Shown here: one piece after another, positions 39,863-52,753 of the stretch | Layout of the letters: every line of letters begins with the position of its first letter | Numbering within the stretch: the stretch's first letter is position 1 | NCBI GenBank assembly: GCA_951406725.2 | Contig: OX597816.1 | Span: 49,538,001 to 49,602,000 of the forward strand | DNA length: 64,000 bases | Reading direction: 5' to 3' | From: Octopus vulgaris | Lineage: Eukaryota | Program-made: the position numbers and the translations under genes | Notes under the pieces: model-generated | What the model was told of the DNA's origin: nothing | The model's database searches: none | Seen by the model: the letters and a program-made list of their open reading frames with translations, nothing else

Positions 39863-42499
39863 TATACATATATGATATTAAATTCTTTAATCAACTGAAA
39901 CTATTGTTCTTCGATATTTTGCAAAGTGAATTAAAAGGAGATTCTCAACCGTTCACCCATACTACATCAACAGAATTATTCGATATACCTTTCTTGCGTG
40001 TTTTATTGCTATTGTTCTGATACTGGGTTGAATTCAAGCATCATTAGCAATTAATGTATAGTGGTTTAGTAAGTTAGGTGGGATTTCGGAGTAGATTTTT
40101 TTCATAACGGTTTTCTCCTAAGCTCCAACGAAGGTGGAAACATTTGTCGCCAATTCCAATGTTTTAAAAGTATAACATCTCAAATGCTTACCGAAGCTCT
40201 TTCAGTTGACTAAACATGTTATCCATCACATTTATATAACTGTACATCTAACTTAAATTGTGTATCTTTTGCGTATAAATGACAATGAATCGATCTAAAA
40301 TGTATCGTATGTAATGAATGCCGTATATGGCTATATTCAAATTATATCGACATCTATATATGAATACATATGATAAAAATTTATACCCCACTGCCATTTG
40401 TTTAACATGAGATGTAATATGATCACACCTAGAGAACATTTCGAAATATACAATTCGAAAGAGAATTTATTTTTTGCGAAACAAATTTTGAAATCAAAAA
40501 CCCCACATAACCACAGTAGATTTATTTTTCTGTTACAAAACATTTACTAAGATAATAATAATACTCTTATCATACTTCAACACGGAATTTTGTAATATGC
40601 TATTATGCTTTTACCGGATTATGAGATATATTTCCAAGAAACCACGAAAACTCACTCAATCATTTTCTGAGACTTCCATATCATATTGCTCTACATGAAA
40701 TCTCATTGATTTAATGCAAACTCCAATGTGTATTATTTATATCTAAAGTAAATGGTTCGAATTACATATTACTTTCGTTTTCTCATTTCTAACCGTTTTT
40801 CATTTGGGTTTATGTTGAAATATTTTATAATACGCGCATCATTAACACTTCACCTGTAATACCATTAATCAAATGCATTGACAACTATCAAGATGCAAAA
40901 GATTAAATCAAGGAAGAGAACTTTTACGTTATTTACTAGGTTGAAATTTGAACGGTAATAGTATTTGAAGCGGTTAACTTCAAAAACATAACCTTTATTC
41001 GATGACGCAAGCATAAGCATGTACTTTTGTATACTCGATCAATTGATCTTCATGCGATCTGCAGACTGGTATATAATTTCACAATTCATCAAGATCATCT
41101 AAGAAACTACTTGGTGTGATCGTTGCAACATTCATAGACATAAATTTATGGTTACAAAATGAGCCCCCAGTCAATTACTAAAAACAAAACCGTTTCCTTA
41201 TATGCTTAATGGTGGTCGTTTATCTGCATGTCTTCTCAGAAAGAGGAAAGCTTTTCCAGGCATGAGTGCCTCATTTTTATGCAGACAATCCGTTTGTGTA
41301 TGTGATTACATTTTAAGATTACATTTTGATGACGGTAGAATAATCATGAAATTTTGATGACGGTAACGTAATCTTGAATTTGAAATTTGGCTGTTATTCC
41401 AAGCATGTTGACAAATCAAGTTGTTTCCTCCTTGACTCTATAAATTGTCATGAGATGTATGCTAAAATAGAGGTTAAATGCTGCAGTTGGTTGTACTGAC
41501 GAAGAAACAGAATGGAACTATGCTCAATTAAATGATCTTCGTGCCCATCGTGGACGTGCATATATTTAGGGAAGGTATATGTTTATCCCGAATCTAACGG
41601 AGGCCTCAGTTGTTTGTGTGACCCTACTTCAGATGATATTAATTATGTTGAAATTTTTGGTCGGCTGGATCTGTTTGATATATTCCTCAGGAAACATCAT
41701 TTAAAATTATATAGAAATAATATCTCTTCTGTTAGGAAATTGATAAAAAACGTAACACTGATCTTCTCAGGTGTTTTGCCAGAAGAGGAAGACCTTGGTG
41801 GGTGTAACTTCAAAGACTTAGTTAGATATGATAAAATGCTGATCGTAAGTTAGGCTTTTTAAAAGACAATCAAATTATGTTCATTGATAACTAAATAAAT
41901 TCCGTAATAGCAATTTCAATATACTCAGATTAAATTTTTAAAAAATCTTATACGAAAATCATTAGGTCGTATAAAAAAAAGGGCGATATTTTTTCGGTCC
42001 TTTACAATTTGATTTGAAATTCTGCTGTAGTCGACTTTTAGGCTTAGAAAAAAAATTATTGGTGGGTTACCCTCACTACAAAGCTATTAGAGACTTTGTG
42101 TTTATGTTCTAACTTAAATATTACCAGTATTAATATTACCAACAGAATACCAGTCAAAAGATTGGTATCGAATACGTCGTCTGTATTCCGATAAATAGTC
42201 TATATATTGGACTTGTAACATTGTATCTTTACCCACTGTCAAATATATATTAAGTAGGCATTTTCCATCTTTCCTGAAGGCAAAGGAACTGAAATTCTTC
42301 TAGTCACCTCGATTGTATCCATAAAATGACAAATATAGATAACATTGTGATCAGGATATTGTGACAGGTAAGTGTAGCTATATTTTGTATATAGGAAGGA
42401 AGCATGAAGTTACATATTTACATTTAAAACAACTGTGCTAAAATACAAGGTAAAAGTCTACACGGAATGTACGAACGAAGTAACGCACAGTGAAATACT

Positions 42500-42690
42500 G
42501 GTTTCAAATTTTGGCCAGCTATTTCGGTGGATGAGCGAGTCGATGATATCGACCCCAGTATTCAACTGGTACTTTAGAGTCGAACTCCGCGGAATTTCAG
42601 CTCAGAATATAAAGGTGGACGAAGTGCCGTTAAGCATTTTCACCGGCGTGCTAATGATTGTGCTAGCTCTTTGCCAATTCACGGTGAAAT
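42500..42690 (-). mobile_element. Degenerate family A SINE
   Basis: atcgaccccagtattcaactggtac..ctcagaatataaag..gacgaa..taagcatttt. Confidence 0.7.
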
Positions 42691-43174
42691 ATTGATCATA
42701 AGTAAATACTACGTCAAGGAAATGTATGATTGTAATCGTCTGAAAACTAATAAATTTAATGAAATTAGCCAGATGAAAAAAGTAATGCGTGAGACTAGCT
42801 GTAAGATATTGGCCTTGAGAGATGAATAAAAAAAATATCCAAACGTTACGGAAAAATCAAAGCACCGGAGAATAGTTTTTATTTGATATTGTCGCATTCA
42901 TTCCAGATTATTTCCTCGATGCTGGAGAAGATACAGGATTAGTCTCATTGCTAACAGTAACATAAAAGGTAAACAACTTGTAAATTCTCTTAAATTTCGG
43001 TAACCTAATTATAGTGATGAGAGAAAATCTTAGCGCGGCAATAAAATGTTTTACAGGAAGTAGTTACATCTTGTCTAGACATTCCTTATATGTTCGATAT
43101 TTTCTAGTTAGAAACAGTAAAATATATTGGTTTTTGAATAATTAATGGCTTACAGAGTATCACGTAAGGCTCCT

Positions 43175-43590
43175 TATTTCTTTATTGCCCACAAGGGGCT
43201 ACACACAGAGGGAACAAACAAGGACAGACAAACGGATTAAGTCGATTACATCGACCCCACTGCGTAACTGGTACTTATTTAATCGACCACGAAAGGATGA
43301 AAAGCAAAGTCGACCTCGGCAGAATTTGAATTCAGAACGTAGCGGCAGACGAAATACCTATTTCTTTACTACCCACAAGGGGCTAAATACAGAGGGGACA
43401 AACAAGGACAGACAAACGGATTAAGTCGATTACATCGACCCCACTACGTAACAGGTACTTATTTAATCGTCCGCGAAAGGATGAAAGGCAAAGTCGACCT
43501 CGGCAGAATTTGAACGCAGAAGGTAGCGGCAGATAAAATACCGCTAAGCATTTCGCCCGGCTTGCTAACGTTTCTGCCAGCTCGCCGCCT
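43175..43590 (-). mobile_element. Dimeric family A SINE: one head plus two about 184-bp body/tail units, with an alternative tail
   Basis: 43175-43358 and 43359-43542 are near-identical direct repeats; 43543-43590 is the 5' head. Confidence 0.9.
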
Positions 43591-45242
43591 TCCTGCAGGG
43601 ACCGAGGGTGTTATATAAGGTTATATGGGAAAGGGAGTGTTATTTAAGGTTATATGAGGTTATGTGCCAAACATACTAAGTAATATATAGTGTGACAGCT
43701 TTATGATTTTAAAGTTTGGCATATTTTGTCAGCTAAGCCAAGAGAAAGGTAACGCCCCATAAGAAAGATTACTTTGAAATAATACCTCTTTGATCTCATG
43801 TATATCTAATTCCTTTAAGGGATGCATGCTTTTATCTTTGGGGAATTTTCAAGCTAGCGAGTTGCTTAAGAGGATTATGAAATGGAAATCTTCCATTAAT
43901 ATTCAAATAATGGCTTCATTTGATTTTCCGTGTGAAATTAAAAGAATGCATATTAACATGATTAAAGCATCGTAATACCCACTATTGCAACTCTATTCAC
44001 AACCTCGAAGAACTGTCTGAAAGGGAAATAAGTGCTCCATTTATAATGGAGTCCAGAAAATCCTATTCACTTTACCATCTTATTCCTGAATTCGTCCTGA
44101 ATTTGCTCTTTAAATAATTTGGTATTTCCAATTCCAGATATTCATGAGTTATTTTATACAATGTGGTGTGTTTGAATTGATCTGAAACATCTGGTGTCAA
44201 CATGAACCATTCGTAATGAAAGAACTATTTCAATAGTGTTGCTACGGGCGCTCATATTCTAAAAGCAACAGAGCGAAATAGAAACGGCTAGGAAAACAAT
44301 CATATGACAAGTCACAGAAAACCACAATCATTTTACTGTGGAAAATATGCCGAGAATACATTTAATATGTTTAGACATACCATATAATTACAAGGTAATA
44401 TTGTTCATTTTAAAAAGCTTAAAGACAGTTTAATAAGATTATGGCTTTTAACATTCACTATCACTTGTGTGGTGTGTCAAAGAGTAAGGCATAGGAAAAA
44501 ACTGAATATATTTCTATAAAGTATAACAAACTAAGTTTTATAATAATTCGCAGGACACATAGATTACGTTGCTGGACCAATCGATATTCCATAAAAATGA
44601 AACTGAAATTCAAGAAGTGGATTGATATCAAGGAACAAGATGTTTCACTTATCGAAACAGCAAATATTATCGGGAGAATGTTTTTGAATAAATTAGCTTA
44701 AAAAGTAGGTCCACAGACTAACATTTTTAAAGATATTTTAACTTGAGTAAAAGATCTCATACATACAAAATTTTCCACGTTATGATATACTCCGATAGCA
44801 TCAGACGACATTGTATTTTTCGCGCTGTCGGTTGGCGGCATTATAGTGTCGTTCGTTTAAATTTTACTTCACAATTCACTTTGTTGTTGTTACCTCTATA
44901 TGGTATCTAAATATGAAACAAATAACACAACTCACATCCGCAATCGTGAGTCTCACATTGGTACTTAAAACGAAGAGAAAAAAAGAACAAGAAAATATAA
45001 AAATGATAGAACATGAAGGAGGAAATTGTTTCAAACCATATATGTAATTCCGAATAATTCCTGCTATTAATCTCTATACTCAGTAAGGACAACTGCTTTA
45101 TAATTATTGCAGAGGAAGCATCCATACCTATTAAATCTAAAATCCTTAGGAGAAAAAAGATCTGCGGAAAGTGAAAAAATGAAAACAAATTTCCATGAGA
45201 TGGGCAGATGATAACGTTTTTAAAAGCCAAAATATTATTCAT

Positions 45243-45283
<41 letters not shown>

Positions 45284-45748
45284 CACACAATACCGACAGA
45301 CACACACATGCATGCTTATATGTCTATATGAGTGCGTGTGTGTGGCATAATAAGTAACATTTCGCTAATAGGCTTAGCTCAGTACTCCGTAACCTTGTTT
45401 CTCTTGCGGTACACTTATTAAAATTGGCTAGCAGACCTGAAATAAAAACATGCATACCTGTTGCAGAGCACTGGTTTAGCTAGATGATGTTGGTAGTAGT
45501 CGCGTCTCAAATACATTGATGATGAATGAAAAATGACTGTGATGTAGTTTTCTGGGCTGGATATACAAACGGGAGGTGGTTGACAAAACAATATAAAACA
45601 AGAATAAAGGATCAAAGGACATAATGGCTTTCGAATGAAGGTCACTATGAGGCGTACCCAACCATTTCATAGTCTGTAAAGTTTGCCAAGCGTGACGGCG
45701 TGGACAAGAATTTGATGGTAATGTAGTTCAGGTCAATACCTCAACGTA

Positions 45749-45960
45749 GACGACGAGCTGGCAGAATCGTTAGCACGCTGGGTGAAAGGCTTAGCGCTAT
45801 TTCGTCTTTCTTTACGTTCTCAGTTCAAATTCCGCCGAGGTCGAGTTTGCGTTTGATCCTTTCGGGGTCGATAAATTAAGCACCAATTGCGTACTGTTGT
45901 CGATCTAATCGACTGGCCCACTCCCTAAAAATTTCGGGCCTTGTGCCTAGGGTAGAAAAG
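45749..45960 (+). mobile_element. tRNA-derived SINE, family A (near full length)
   Basis: Colinear with 17591-17801; imperfect TSD aatacctcaacgtag / aatatcccaacatag. Confidence 0.9.
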
Positions 45961-46334
45961 AATATCCCAACATAGGCCCAGATACACGTACTCCTATATA
46001 TACAAATATGTACACATACACATATACACTCATCTATATACATACGTGGGCCATTCCCATATTTACATAGACTTTTCCATATATTTATACATATATACAC
46101 AAGACATATCAACAGGCTTATCGAGGAGTATATATGCTCATAAACATACTCAGATACAAATATGTGTGTTCACACAAGCGTACCTACACATATAAATACA
46201 TTCATAGATGTTTATATATAATAACGCTGCGAGTTGGCAGAAACGGTATCGCGCCGAGCGAAATGCTTATCGGTATTTCGTCTGTCTTTTTGTTCTGAGT
46301 TCAAATTCCACCGTGGTCGACTTTGCATAAGTTC

Positions 46335-46733
46335 AGGAGTGGCTGTGTGGTAAGTAGCTTGCTTACCAGCCACATCGTTCCGGGTTCAGGCCCATTGCGT
46401 GGCACCTTGGGCAAGTAGTATCTTTTACTATAGCCTCGAGCCGACCAAAGGCTTGTGAGTGGATTTGGTAGACGGAATCTGATAGAAGCCCGTCGTATAT
46501 ATGTATATGGATATATATATCAGTGTGTATGTTTGTGTGTCTGTGTCTGTCCATCCAACATTGCTTGACAACCGATGCTGGTGTGTTTATGTCCCCGTAA
46601 CATAGTGGTTCGGCAAAAAAGACCGATAGAATAAGTACTACGCTTACAAAAAATAAGTCCTGGGGTCGATTTGCTCGACTAAAGACAGTGCTCCAGCATG
46701 GCCGCAGTCAAATGACTGAAACAAGTAAAAGAG
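46335..46733 (+). mobile_element. tRNA-derived CORE-like SINE, family B (possibly the octopus OR2 family)
   Basis: aggagtggctgtgtggtaag (A box), gggttcag (B box), gcgtggcaccttgggcaagt (CORE-like), internal microsatellite and an agtaaaagag tail. Abuts a truncated family A head at 46224-46327. Family name is from recall. Confidence 0.88.
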
Positions 46734-48113
46734 ATGCATACATACATGCATTCATACATGTTTATATACATACATAGATACATACACGCACATATACATA
46801 CGTGTATACTTACATAGATGTAACTGTAGGTACATACATACGTCCATGCATACGTACGCATATGCATGCATGCGTATATACATCCATTTGTACGCTTATA
46901 GAGAAAGGTGTACACATCTTTGTCACCCACTTTCTGTCTGTATATTCAGCCCAGAAAACCATACCACGGATATTCTTCATTCATCATAAATGTATTTTAG
47001 GCTCATTTACAACTAACATAATCTAGCTAAGCCTATTAGCGAAATGTCACTTAGGCAACGTGGAATCCTGTTATGTCACTTGATGAAGAATTTCTGCACT
47101 GTAGGGTGCGTTGGAATTTATCATATCGTTCCTCGCCCACCAGGGAACAGTGCATAATTATGCCGAAACAATTATTGTGATAAATAACGTTTCCAGCGTA
47201 CTCTGCCATCCGTATCAATCATTGGGAATATACTCAACATGCACCGCGGAATTGCTAAAGTAAATTGCTAAAGTAGGCGTAAGAAGTAAACGTACTCTGC
47301 CGATACTCTGCAAGGGACATAACCGAAATACTATTTGGATGCTAAATTGTAAAATTCAAATCGTAATTTTGATTATAATTTACACACACACACACACACA
47401 CACATCTAGTATAGAAGTTGAACAATTCATAATGTCACCTGAACCTTACCTAATTCGGCTTTTAAAGCTTTGACTGTCCGAATTTGAACACCTAACGTGA
47501 ATAATTCGAATTATTATAACGTTTCTGCCAACTCGCCGCCTTTAAAATGTAAAAAATATTGCTATAAAATAGCCATGAATAACCGGATTAAAGTATAGGA
47601 TTGATCGGAAGTCCAATCTTGCAGCAAGCACCAGCATGTTGAGGTGATGAGTGCATTTGGAATTTTTCATGTAGCATCCTACTATTTCATAGTATAGCTG
47701 AGCATGAGAAAGAATGCAGTCTCCTCCATTAATAGCTTACAGCGGTAATTACATGCTTAGATTTTATTTACAAGAAAATTACGGGAGATAATATCTTTCT
47801 ATCATTTGTAAATATTTTTGCCCCAAGGAATTAAGTTACATTTATACATCTTTTAATTTGCCGATTATTTGGTACCCTATTCCAAGTATCTTTTGAAGAA
47901 ATCTTAAATCGTATTCATTAAAAGGAATTTTCTTCATAAACCATAAGTTTGCATTCTCAAGTTTGATGAATACTGCAGTTAAATCTAATTATTTAAGTAG
48001 TTTCTAATGTTCTGTCCTTCTCTCTCTGTATGCCAAAATCTGTATTTATCTGTGTATGTAAACTTCTATGTATTCATGGAAGTATAAACATATGTGTGCA
48101 TATGAATGTATGT

Positions 48114-48380
48114 GGAGGCGCAATGGCCCAGGAGTTAGGGCAGCGGACTTGCGGTCGGAGGATCGCGGTTTCGATTCCCAGACCGGGCGTTCTATGTGTT
48201 TATTGAGCGAAAACACCTGAACCTCCACGAGGCTCCTTGTCGTAACTCTTTCGCTGCAACTTTCTCACACTTTCTTTCTGTTTCTTGAATAACGCTGCGA
48301 TGGGGGGGGGGGACACATACACCACAGAAACCGGGAAACCGGCCGCGTGAACCTGGATAGGCTTGAAAAGGCCGCATAAA
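48114..48380 (+). mobile_element. tRNA-derived SINE with the family C head and a different 3' part
   Basis: 48114-48235 matches 48636-48745, then diverges to ..cagaaaccgggaaaccggcc..ggcttgaaaaggccgcataaa. Confidence 0.8.
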
Positions 48381-48562
48381 TACAAATAAATATGAATGTA
48401 TGTATGTATCTATCTATCCATTTGTGTATATGTATGTGTGTGTGCACAGAAACATAAACGGGTTGTGAGGAAAGAGATGAATTCAATTCTGGTCGAAGTG
48501 TGACCATGGTAAAATATGAAGCTATCAAGGTACGCCAGCTAGAAAACGAAACAAACGGCACA

Positions 48563-48635
<73 letters not shown>

Positions 48636-48638
<3 letters not shown>

Positions 48639-49000
48639 CGCAATGGGGCAGTGGACTAGCGGTCATAGGATCGCAGTTTCGATTCCCAGACCGGGCGTTG
48701 TGAGTGTTTATTGAGCGAAAACACCTAAAAGCTCCACGAGGCTCCGGCAGGGGATGGTGGTGATCCCTGCTGTACTCTTTCACCATAACTTTCTCTCACT
48801 CTTACTTCCTGTTTCTGTTGTACCTGTATTTCAAAGGGCCGACCTTGTCACTCTCTGTGCCACGCTGAATATCCCCGAGAACAACGTTAAGGGTGCACGT
48901 GTCTGTGGAGTGCTCATCCACTTACACGTTAATTTCACGCGCAGGCTGTTCCGTTGATTCGGATCAACCGGAACCCTCATCGTCGTAACCGACGGAGTGC
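48636..49000 (+). mobile_element. tRNA-derived SINE, family C
   Basis: ggcgcaatgg..gtttcgattccc (B box); colinear with the reverse complement of 63038-63416. Confidence 0.9.
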
Positions 49001-49004
49001 TTCC

Positions 49005-49071
<67 letters not shown>

Positions 49072-49075
<4 letters not shown>

Positions 49076-49490
49076 AGGACAAGCAAGTTAGTGAAGACGA
49101 TATACTAAAACTGTTAAATACATTTATTACAAAGAAATCTGACTTATACAGAATGGAAAAGATATCAGGAATTAAGGGGTTGAGTAAGAGTTTTACGAGG
49201 CCAACAGCTGCTTCTGGGGCTTGGTGGTTCAAAATAATGCTTGTAACTTGATTCCATAATCGGATACCACCAATCTTCCTCTTCAGGAAAGAATTTCAGT
49301 TGTTGACAGAATGGAGAATAAAGAATGAATTTGTGGAGAACTATGTGTTTTAGAAAGGGAAGTCGGGGATGTTTAGGTAGAGAGAAGTGGGAGGAGAAAG
49401 ATCCACCCCCGCCCCTGTCCGGTTGAATAATATTTCCGTCTCATGGAATAGAAGCAGAAATAACCTGAAATAATCCTGTGTATATCGTAC
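49072..49490 (-). mobile_element. Penelope-like pLTR fragment with a decayed hammerhead motif, next to (TA)n
   Basis: Minus strand 49199-49290: CTGAAGA gg..ttggtggt..accaccaa..cc a GAAGC agct GTT. Confidence 0.5.
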
Positions 49491-49544
49491 TTAGTGGATA
49501 TACACACATCTCAAAATCGCCCGAATATAATTTTTCTATGCGAG

Positions 49545-49680
49545 GCGCAAGGCCCGAAATTTTTGGAGGACGGGACCAGTCGAGTAGATCGACCGCAGAA
49601 CGCAACTGGTACTTAATTTATCGTCCCTGAAAGGATCAAAGGCGAAGACGACCTCGGCGAAATTTGAACTCAGAACGTAA
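49545..49680 (-). mobile_element. 5'-truncated family A SINE
   Basis: aaggcccgaaattttt..caactggtacttaatttatcg..acctcggcgaaatttgaactcagaacgtaa. Confidence 0.85.
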
Positions 49681-50200
49681 ACATATTTTCTCTTTCTATC
49701 AAAAATTTATATGCTGCCTTTCTATCAAAAATTTATATCCGAGGCAGTGACCAGTTATAAAGCTAGATGTGCATTTCTGCCTTATTTGGCATTGTAGGTA
49801 TATTTTACAGTCTCTTTTACTTTTGGAATTGTAATAATACTGTGGAATGCTAAAATAAATACACATACAGGAACAATTAAAATCATAAGCGAACAATGGT
49901 TATTGAAGTTGCTCACCGAATGTAAAAATTTCAATTTCGGTTCAAATGCAATGAGAATAAAATTTTCCTTTTGCCTAGCTATTAATTATAGCGGCAATTA
50001 TTGTCTACTACGAATTATTTCAGAATACGATAATAATGAGATAGCCTATTTTACATTTCGTGCAAACTACAAAGAACATACACAGAACGCATCCGAAACG
50101 TGTAAAAAGGTATAATAATAAAAGACAATAATTCATGCATAGATACATACACACAAACAGACTGATATACATACATACATATATTCATAAATGCAAAAAG

Positions 50201-50233
<33 letters not shown>

Positions 50234-50906
50234 CTCAACTTGTGTGTCTGTGTGTGTATCTGTGTGTGTGTCTGTGTGTTTAACTTCCCGGCACATCTCC
50301 TCCTAGCCAACAAATCGTAGAACCACCAAAAATGGGTCACTTAAAGTTTAGGCGAATTAAAATTGAACTGCGCTATTTCTGTTCCGAAATTCAACTAGCA
50401 AGTGCAAAAATCGACAATGCGTTTGTTTAGGCCTTATCCCATGCATTGAATAGTGAACATTACTCAGTCAGCTGTTTGGCGTGAACTGTGTTCACCACGC
50501 GTGCAAGCATGCGTAAATTGCATGAAAAATAAAAAATCAAGATATAAAAACGAATCGCCGTAAACATTGTAGAAATTCGGCAAAGAAATGAATTTTCGGG
50601 ATGTAGCCTGGAGGGTTTTTTCGTATTAATCGGTTGGACTTTGTGAACACATACCAATTGTTTTCATCACATTTTTAACGCTTTGAATTAAATGTGACCA
50701 TTTTGCGTTGAGTCTGCAGTTTGAATCACTTTAACCAAATTTTAGCAGGCCGAAGTTTTGAGCATCACGATACATCGCCAGCGACTCCCTGAAACTCTCC
50801 CCTGAAGTCCCCGTTGAGAAATCTATTATATATATAATAATACTTTGAATGTGACTCCTGAGAATGATAAAAGTAATTATCCAATGAACGACGGGTATTA
50901 CTGGTA

Positions 50907-50992
<86 letters not shown>

Positions 50993-51319
50993 GAAACTTA
51001 CTTGGAAAAGGATGCGTGGCGTTCGATCATATAATAATATAAATAATATATAAATATATGCATATATACATACATATATGTACATACTTACATCTAGATG
51101 TATATATACAAGACATCGAAAAAACGTTGAACACATTGAGAAACGAAAACATAAAAACAAAAACATGGAAACGAACTTCTTTTTCAAACAACGAAAAAAC
51201 AGAGTACCCCACATACAACACACGGAATATTCCCCTTCTTCAGTTGTCCCTGTTTCGTCTACTCCGTGTTTAGAATGTGTATTTATCAAGTAATTGTATA
51301 GTTATGCAGATAACCATAT

Positions 51320-51476
51320 TTTGTTCCATTCTTAATCAAAACTATCCGACGGTCCGACCAACGGGTAACGTCTTTGTGATGTACTTGCAGTTTTATTACT
51401 AAAGCATATTACTCAACCTTTGGTATTCGAATACTATTTCTCCACCTCGTTTTATATTTATGTATTTATTCTGGGA
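51320..51476 (+). mobile_element. Degenerate copy of the Penelope-like pLTR fragment at 58399-58560
   Basis: gttccattct..taaagcatattactc..tggtatt.ga.tact..tccacct.gttt..atttatgt matches the reverse complement of 58399-58560. Confidence 0.65.
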
Positions 51477-51532
51477 TAGACAAACACACACACACACACC
51501 ACACACGCACACACACACACATACACACACAG

Positions 51533-51569
<37 letters not shown>

Positions 51570-52350
51570 CTAGCAGCATAACCCGGCGTTGCCCGGATAT
51601 GTAAGAGCCCCTAGAAGGCAACGACTAATCCCAATCTAGTCCTTTCCCTCTATGGAACGAAGGCGCATGTGTAGGTTGCAATGTCTTCTCTTCACTCCCA
51701 AATAACTATCAAACAGCTTTCGATAATTCAACCCAACCAATTCCTACCAGAAAGAAATTACATTCGAGACTTTACCCCCAACTTCTCCTAATAGCTGCTG
51801 CAGCCGCAAGTTATTCGAATACTTTTTCTGTTTACACTTTCTTTATAACTACTACCCCAAACGTTTTACCTTAAATTTTTTACGTACCCTAAGGGTCCTC
51901 GGACGCTACTTGCAAACTCTTGGTTTATTATAAACCGCTTTTGTCGTGTGCATCAAAAAACCTTTTCCATTTGTTTGTTCAGTTTGGTCACTTTTGACTT
52001 TTTCATTGTTGTCACTCACATTGCTGCCCGCTTTTTTGCCGTTTTTGTACATTTTTATACATTTTGGGATACTTACCCCACGTGTTCCGAGAGTTAAAAA
52101 GGTCGAGTGGCGTCCCCTAGACAGTCTGTAGAAAATGTGTTGCATATAAAAAGCTTAGATTCTCGACCCATGTCGAATTTATCGATTTTTTTCAGAACTG
52201 GAGGAACTTTTCAAAATTTTCGCTGCGTTAGTTTTGAATTATGACATTGGGCTATGTGTGTGTCAAGTTTCATCAGAATCGGTTGAAAGCCGTGGTTAGG
52301 GTGAGGGTACAACCTGACAGACACACAGACACACAGAGAGACATACTGCC

Positions 52351-52360
<10 letters not shown>
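51570..52360 (-). mobile_element. Non-autonomous Helitron
   Basis: Minus-strand 3' end ccgggcaacgccggg hairpin followed by ctgCTAG|t at 51570. The 5' end tatataaacggcag merges into (TA)n, so the TC terminus is not visible. Confidence 0.8.
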
Positions 52361-52397
<37 letters not shown>

Positions 52398-52416
52398 CAT
52401 TTATACATTGATATTT

Positions 52417-52632
52417 ACGAGGGGTGGGTTGCTCATAGCTTTATACCATGAAAAGCCTGAATAAAGGTTCGACTCTCCGAGTTCATTTACAGGGATTATA
52501 AAAATTGAAGTACGGTTGCAATAAGTGTGTGATTCTAAGAAGCGAATTTGTTGAATAAAAATTTTAATTATCTGATGCTCCTCTATTTTCTTTTACCCAA
52601 ACCAAACGCAAGAACATTTAGCACCCCCTCGT
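52417..52632 (+). mobile_element. Mariner internal-deletion derivative (MITE)
   Basis: Termini tacgagggg / cccctcgtg; interior encodes QGL*KLKY..NKCV..FVE*, resembling the mariner transposase C-terminus. Confidence 0.65.
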
Positions 52633-52753
52633 GTGTGTGTGTGAGTGTGCGTGTGTGTGAGTGTGCGTGTGTGTGTGTGAGTGTGCGTGTGTGTGTGTGA
52701 GTGTGCGTGTGTGTGTGTATAAATGTATATGTATATATATATGTATATGTGTA

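Larger units (their letters stand above)
45351..47053. mobile_element. Long-inverted-repeat (foldback/MITE-like) element with nested SINEs
   Basis: 45351-45379 matches the reverse complement of 47025-47053 (28/29); 45477-45586 matches the reverse complement of 46919-47030. No clear TSD. Confidence 0.65.

Noticed and set aside
39570-39900. YIYI-rich ORFs here and throughout the window
   Set aside because: (TA)n and (TACA)n translations.
48114-48190. tRNA-like heads of SINE families A-C as real tRNA genes
   Set aside because: They continue into SINE bodies, occur as many diverged copies and lack intact cloverleaves.
51220-51285. Minus-strand GAAAC..CTGAAGA inside a cacgga/tccgtg hairpin
   Set aside because: Only 8 nt separate the boxes, too few for stems I and III; possibly a decayed pLTR but no ribozyme fold can be drawn.
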